A stretch of 63,990 nucleotides of DNA, the filler included, from Basidioascus undulatus (Eukaryota): NCBI GenBank assembly GCA_000826855.1. It is 5 parts of 5 records of this genome, joined end to end, with 100 filler letters (N's around TTAATTAATTAA, not from the genome) between each part and the next. Parts side by side here need not be neighbours in the genome. Positions count along the whole stretch, not along the records: positions 55,502 to 63,990 come from JTLS01001383.1; 4 more parts are not named here. One strand, 5' to 3'. The translations under genes were made by a program, and so were the position numbers. Below the pieces are notes generated by a model that was not told where the DNA came from, did no database searches, and saw nothing but the letters and a program-made list of their open reading frames with translations. Position 1 is the stretch's first letter. Each line of letters begins with the position of its first letter. Below are positions 60,226-63,990 of the stretch, one piece after another.

Positions 60226-62519
60226 TTCGATTCGGTGGTGTGCCTGGGCAACGTCGAGCGTGGTAGATGATATGAGGGACGGGGGCGGGAACGGCGAAGC
60301 GAGTCGTGGGGGGTGATAGGAGGAGGCTCATCAGCCCTTGAATATATATGGGCTGCGGAAAGGGGGACTCCATTCCGGACTGAAAGCTAGCAACGTGTCG
60401 GATTGGCAACACGCACAGTATCGGTCGCGAAGAATGCTCCGGCGCGCCTACCCTTGCTGGCGCGAAGGAGAGGCAGCTCGGCGTTCTTTTTCGTTTCTCT
60501 TGGCAATGCGAAGCCTCATGTAACATGTCATACAGATTTTGTCAGTCTGTGTGATCCGTCTTGAGAGCCAGCGCAGAGAGGCACGCAAGAGGCATGCAAA
60601 CTGAACCGGGCACGTCGCCAGCAACAAGTGATCATCCGCACAAGGGCTCGGCACGAAGCTCATCTGTCTTAACTTGGAGAGTGACCGTGTTCCCTGCTAT
60701 ATTGTTATGCACAACTCTCGAATCGGACGCCCTCCCGACGATTGGAGGCGTGAAGGACGCGTCGATGGCGCTTGGCATGCCGCCCTGCTTTGCTGAAAAC
60801 ACAAGCTCTTCAGCCAAAGCAAGTACCCCGGCAAGCATTGAGGCTAAAAAATTTCAGTCTACTGTTATAATGAACTTCTCGTCTGACGAGGCTGTACGAA
60901 AGAGTGGTCGAAATGCACGCATCGCATCTTGCACCACTGGCAACGGTCTGCTCAGTGTTTTCAGTGGGCCTGAATTCAGGCCTGTTGCCAAAAATCACCA
61001 AAAATTGAAAAATTGAAAATCCAGGCTAATTTAGCCCTCACGGAAGTCCAGCTGATGGCTGTTATCAGTCACGATTTCATGCTTCGTTCACCGACTCGAA
61101 AGAAGGATCGTCGCAGGAAGTCTTGTTGCAGTGCCTTGCAAGGCGCACCTCTTGTCAAATGCACAGATTTCTTTAATGACTCCACGGTTAGGCCATTGAT
61201 GTAATCTTTGCACGGTCGCCTGGGCACGACAAGCGGCTGTCATCCTCATGCTGCAGGCGTGCGTTGCAATGCCGGGGACGGTTCTCCTCACAAGACGATG
61301 GCAATATCGCACGCTTCGCATGGGAACTATGCCCAGTGTATGCATTGTGGAATTTTTCCAAGCTCAAAACAAGCAGCTCCGAGCTAGACGCAAGAGACGG
61401 CGTCCTTGCTAGGTGGGTCTGGCATGCGCGAGGATGGGACCGAAGCGCCGCAACCGTTTGCGAGGCCCTGCAGTCGGCAAGAGGTCCAGCGGGAGAAAAG
61501 CCACCAGGACGTGTCATCTGTAAGCTTGAGTAACCCATACAGTGTGAGAGACGTGAAACTGACAAGCACGTGGCCCGAAGCGGCCGCGTTGAATGCGGCA
61601 CGGCAGTTGGGGTCTGACGCGCCGCCGTGAAGAAGTACGAGCAGGAGTCGTGGCTGATGGCAGGAGGAGAGTTCATTGATGAGTTGTCAGCGTAACCGTG
61701 CCGGTCAAGGTGATGGATCGCGAAGCCGAACGCCAAACGCTCGGCGGTCTAGACAGAAGGTAGAGCACCCCCGCACGCCGCACCGCAGCGTCCCATGCAG
61801 TCATAGTCCGCAGAGGAGATGGTGCCTGTGAGGTTCGGATATAAACAAAAACCAGCCCTCAGTCAAAATGGTTTGCACAGGGTTGAGCAAGCTCCTCACG
61901 CACTGTAGTCATCCCCCACCGTAGCTGTCCAGGTGCAAGTCCTCCCGTCCGCGATCTTCCAAGAGACGGTCTGCGAAGTCCCTGGGAAACGCATGCGATG
62001 GATGCCGCGATATATACTGTAATGGAGCCGACGACGGCCAACCTAACGAGCCCGTGCATGTCTGCGGGCAGAATAGTGGAGGAGAACGAAAAGCCGTACA
62101 AAAATTTCAGTTTCAGGTCAACCCCGTCCGCTTCAACCCTCTTGCTCATCATTTTACCTATTGTACCATTCGCGAAGCTACCTCAGACCTGTTGTCGTGG
62201 GTCCCGGTACAGTAACTTGATCGGCAAAGGGGTTTCCGTCCACTTGCCGCGTTTGCGATCCAAGCTGAACTTGCTGCTCGAAGACTCCGTCCAGGAACCA
62301 AGCTCACTGATTATCGGGTAAGACTCGAAACAAAGGTTACCAGTATTCCTCTTAGCCAAGAGACTGCGGGCGACTGCTTGTTCGGAAAAGCATTATGGAG
62401 GGGGCGGTTGCCAGAATATTGCTGAAGTCCTGCGTGCAGTTGGCATTTAGAGCACTTTCGGCTGAAAATAAAATGGGTTGCGTGCTCTTCTTCCCAGCAC
62501 TGCGTCGTCCCTCATGTGC

Positions 62520-63050
62520 TCATAGTGCTGCGATGCTCAAGCAGCGTGTCCAGGCGCCAACCAAGCTGCATGCCGTCGAGCTCCCAACCCAGCTGGCGCC
62601 GCTGCCAGCCGCCGCACAGTACATGACCACCCTATCCGGGTGTCCCACCTCGTACCCGTCCCAAAATTTTGTCCCCCCACCCATCAACCCCCCAATCGCA
62701 AGCTCCGCGCTCTCCACATCGTACCTCACACACCGAATCGGGTCCCTGCGCTCGGGCTCCTGAGTAAGCTGGTAAACGACGAGGACGGACGGGTCCTCCT
62801 CGTCGAGCCAGCGCCGGTCGACATGCACGACCGCCTCGGGCGTGTACGTCTCCCGCGGATCCGCGTCGGGGACTCGCAACCGCTCCCGCGCGACGAGGTG
62901 CGCGTAGTCGATCGCTTGCCACTCTGCGCGAGAGGGCGTGTACGGTTCGAGGAGGAGCGGCATCCCCCGGCCTGCGCCGGAGGACACTGCGGCCGCCCAG
63001 GCTGCTTCTAGGCGTTTGACAGCCTCGGACCTGCTCCAACCATCCCACAT
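62520..63050 (-). CDS. Hypothetical protein (possibly DUF6924-like); may extend upstream to ~63385
   Basis: 176-aa GC3-rich ORF with VVHVDRRWLDEEDPSVLVV...IRCVRYDVESAELAI, loosely similar to the 38943-39299 ORF. Confidence 0.45.
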   Translation of the reverse strand: MWDGWSRSEAVKRLEAAWAAAVSSGAGRGMPLLLEPYTPSRAEWQAIDYAHLVARERLRVPDADPRETYTPEAVVHVDRRWLDEEDPSVLVVYQLTQEPERRDPIRCVRYDVESAELAIGGLMGGGTKFWDGYEVGHPDRVVMYCAAAGSGASWVGSSTACSLVGAWTRCLSIAAL

Positions 63051-63990
63051 GTTCAGTGCTTCTCAGCGTGTGCGAGTTCCTGCAGAGACGCGCACCTTGC
63101 TCACCGACCCGCCAGCCCACGGAAACTTCGGGACCCCCTCGTCCACGCCCAGCGGGCGCTGGAACAGCCCGCGCTTGAGACATAATGCATCTCGCTCTCA
63201 TCATACTCCTCGCGGCGGACGCCGTCTCGTCGTGGTCGTACGACCCGCTGACGACGACGTCGAGCGCCTTGGGCGGGAGGCCCTTGTACTCCGCTTGCGA
63301 CGCGGTGAGCGACAGAGTCGTCCCCGACGCGGAGGAGTCGGGTGTAAAGCGACGGTGTGCGCACTGCGATGCGGGGGGAGGGCATGAGAGGGGGGCCAGA
63401 CGTAAAACGAGCGTTAAGCGATGAAGAAGCGTTCGGAGGTTCCTCTACGGCAATCGAATTTCACGATGAGCGAATGGGAACTGAAGAAGTTGCTCGAAAG
63501 CAAGAAGGGGTTAGGGATGCATGGATAAAGTAAGGACTCAAGGACTAAGGAGACGACACATTGCGCAGCTGGCTGACAAGCGACCTCTAGTCAGTTTTTT
63601 ATGGTAGGTACACCAGCTCGCAGCTGTGCTGCCTGCATGGTGCGGCCAATGCAATGAATGACACAACATTTTTGTCTTGTTGTATAGTAGTAGGTCAGGC
63701 AAAACGCAGAAGCTCTGCAAGAGTTTCGATCACCGTATGTTACTGGCCGTGGGGAGGGACTGCCCAATCTCGATCTTCTGTTAAAGTTGGGATGCGACCA
63801 CAGACCGAACAGTGCGCCACCGTGGGGACGGTCTGGCAACCACGATCCCAGCTGTCGTCTACCCATCGCGGAACATCGCAAAATCGCATGTTCATCTCAC
63901 TAACTCCCTCCTCCCGCCCCGCCTTCCTTCCCCTCCTCCGCCGTCTTCCCACCCGCACATCCACCGCATCCACCTCCAGGCCGGCCCCCG

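Noticed and set aside
1..63990. CRISPR arrays, tRNA or rRNA genes, telomeric arrays, prokaryotic operons
   Set aside because: None seen: no repeat-spacer periodicity, no cloverleaf with T-loop and only a lone TTAGGG; genes carry spliceosomal introns.

Overview
Eukaryotic, intron-rich, GC-rich fungal DNA. Short introns with GTGCGT/GTGAGT/GTACGT donors and CTGAC branch points suggest a basidiomycete, probably Pucciniomycotina-like (inference). The window is five contigs joined by artificial 100-nt N/TTAATTAATTAA spacers, so adjacency across the gaps is not reliable. Apparently intact genes: a DUF4112 protein, U6 snRNA, two tandem divergent homeodomain genes, ribosomal protein eL42 (RPL42/L44), an atypical eIF4E, HIRA/HIR1, a WrbA-type flavodoxin, a protein tyrosine phosphatase, a ChAPs (BUD7/BCH1) exomer subunit (partial), a fungal-specific transcription factor (partial), a TM-SH3 protein and a GPI-anchored Kre9/KNH-like protein. 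Between them lie many disrupted genes (four F-box-like, PalI/SUR7, NAD(P)-binding Rossmann, MFS permease and others). The most notable signals are an AG|GT zero-length-exon (recursive-splicing-like) site plus a 5-nt microexon in the RPL42 5' UTR, homeodomain paralogues lacking the WFxN core but sharing a C-terminal motif, a remote Grainyhead/CP2-like domain, an eIF4E with W56Y/W73C, and pervasive pseudogenisation. All gene models and family calls were made by eye and need HMM and RNA-seq confirmation.
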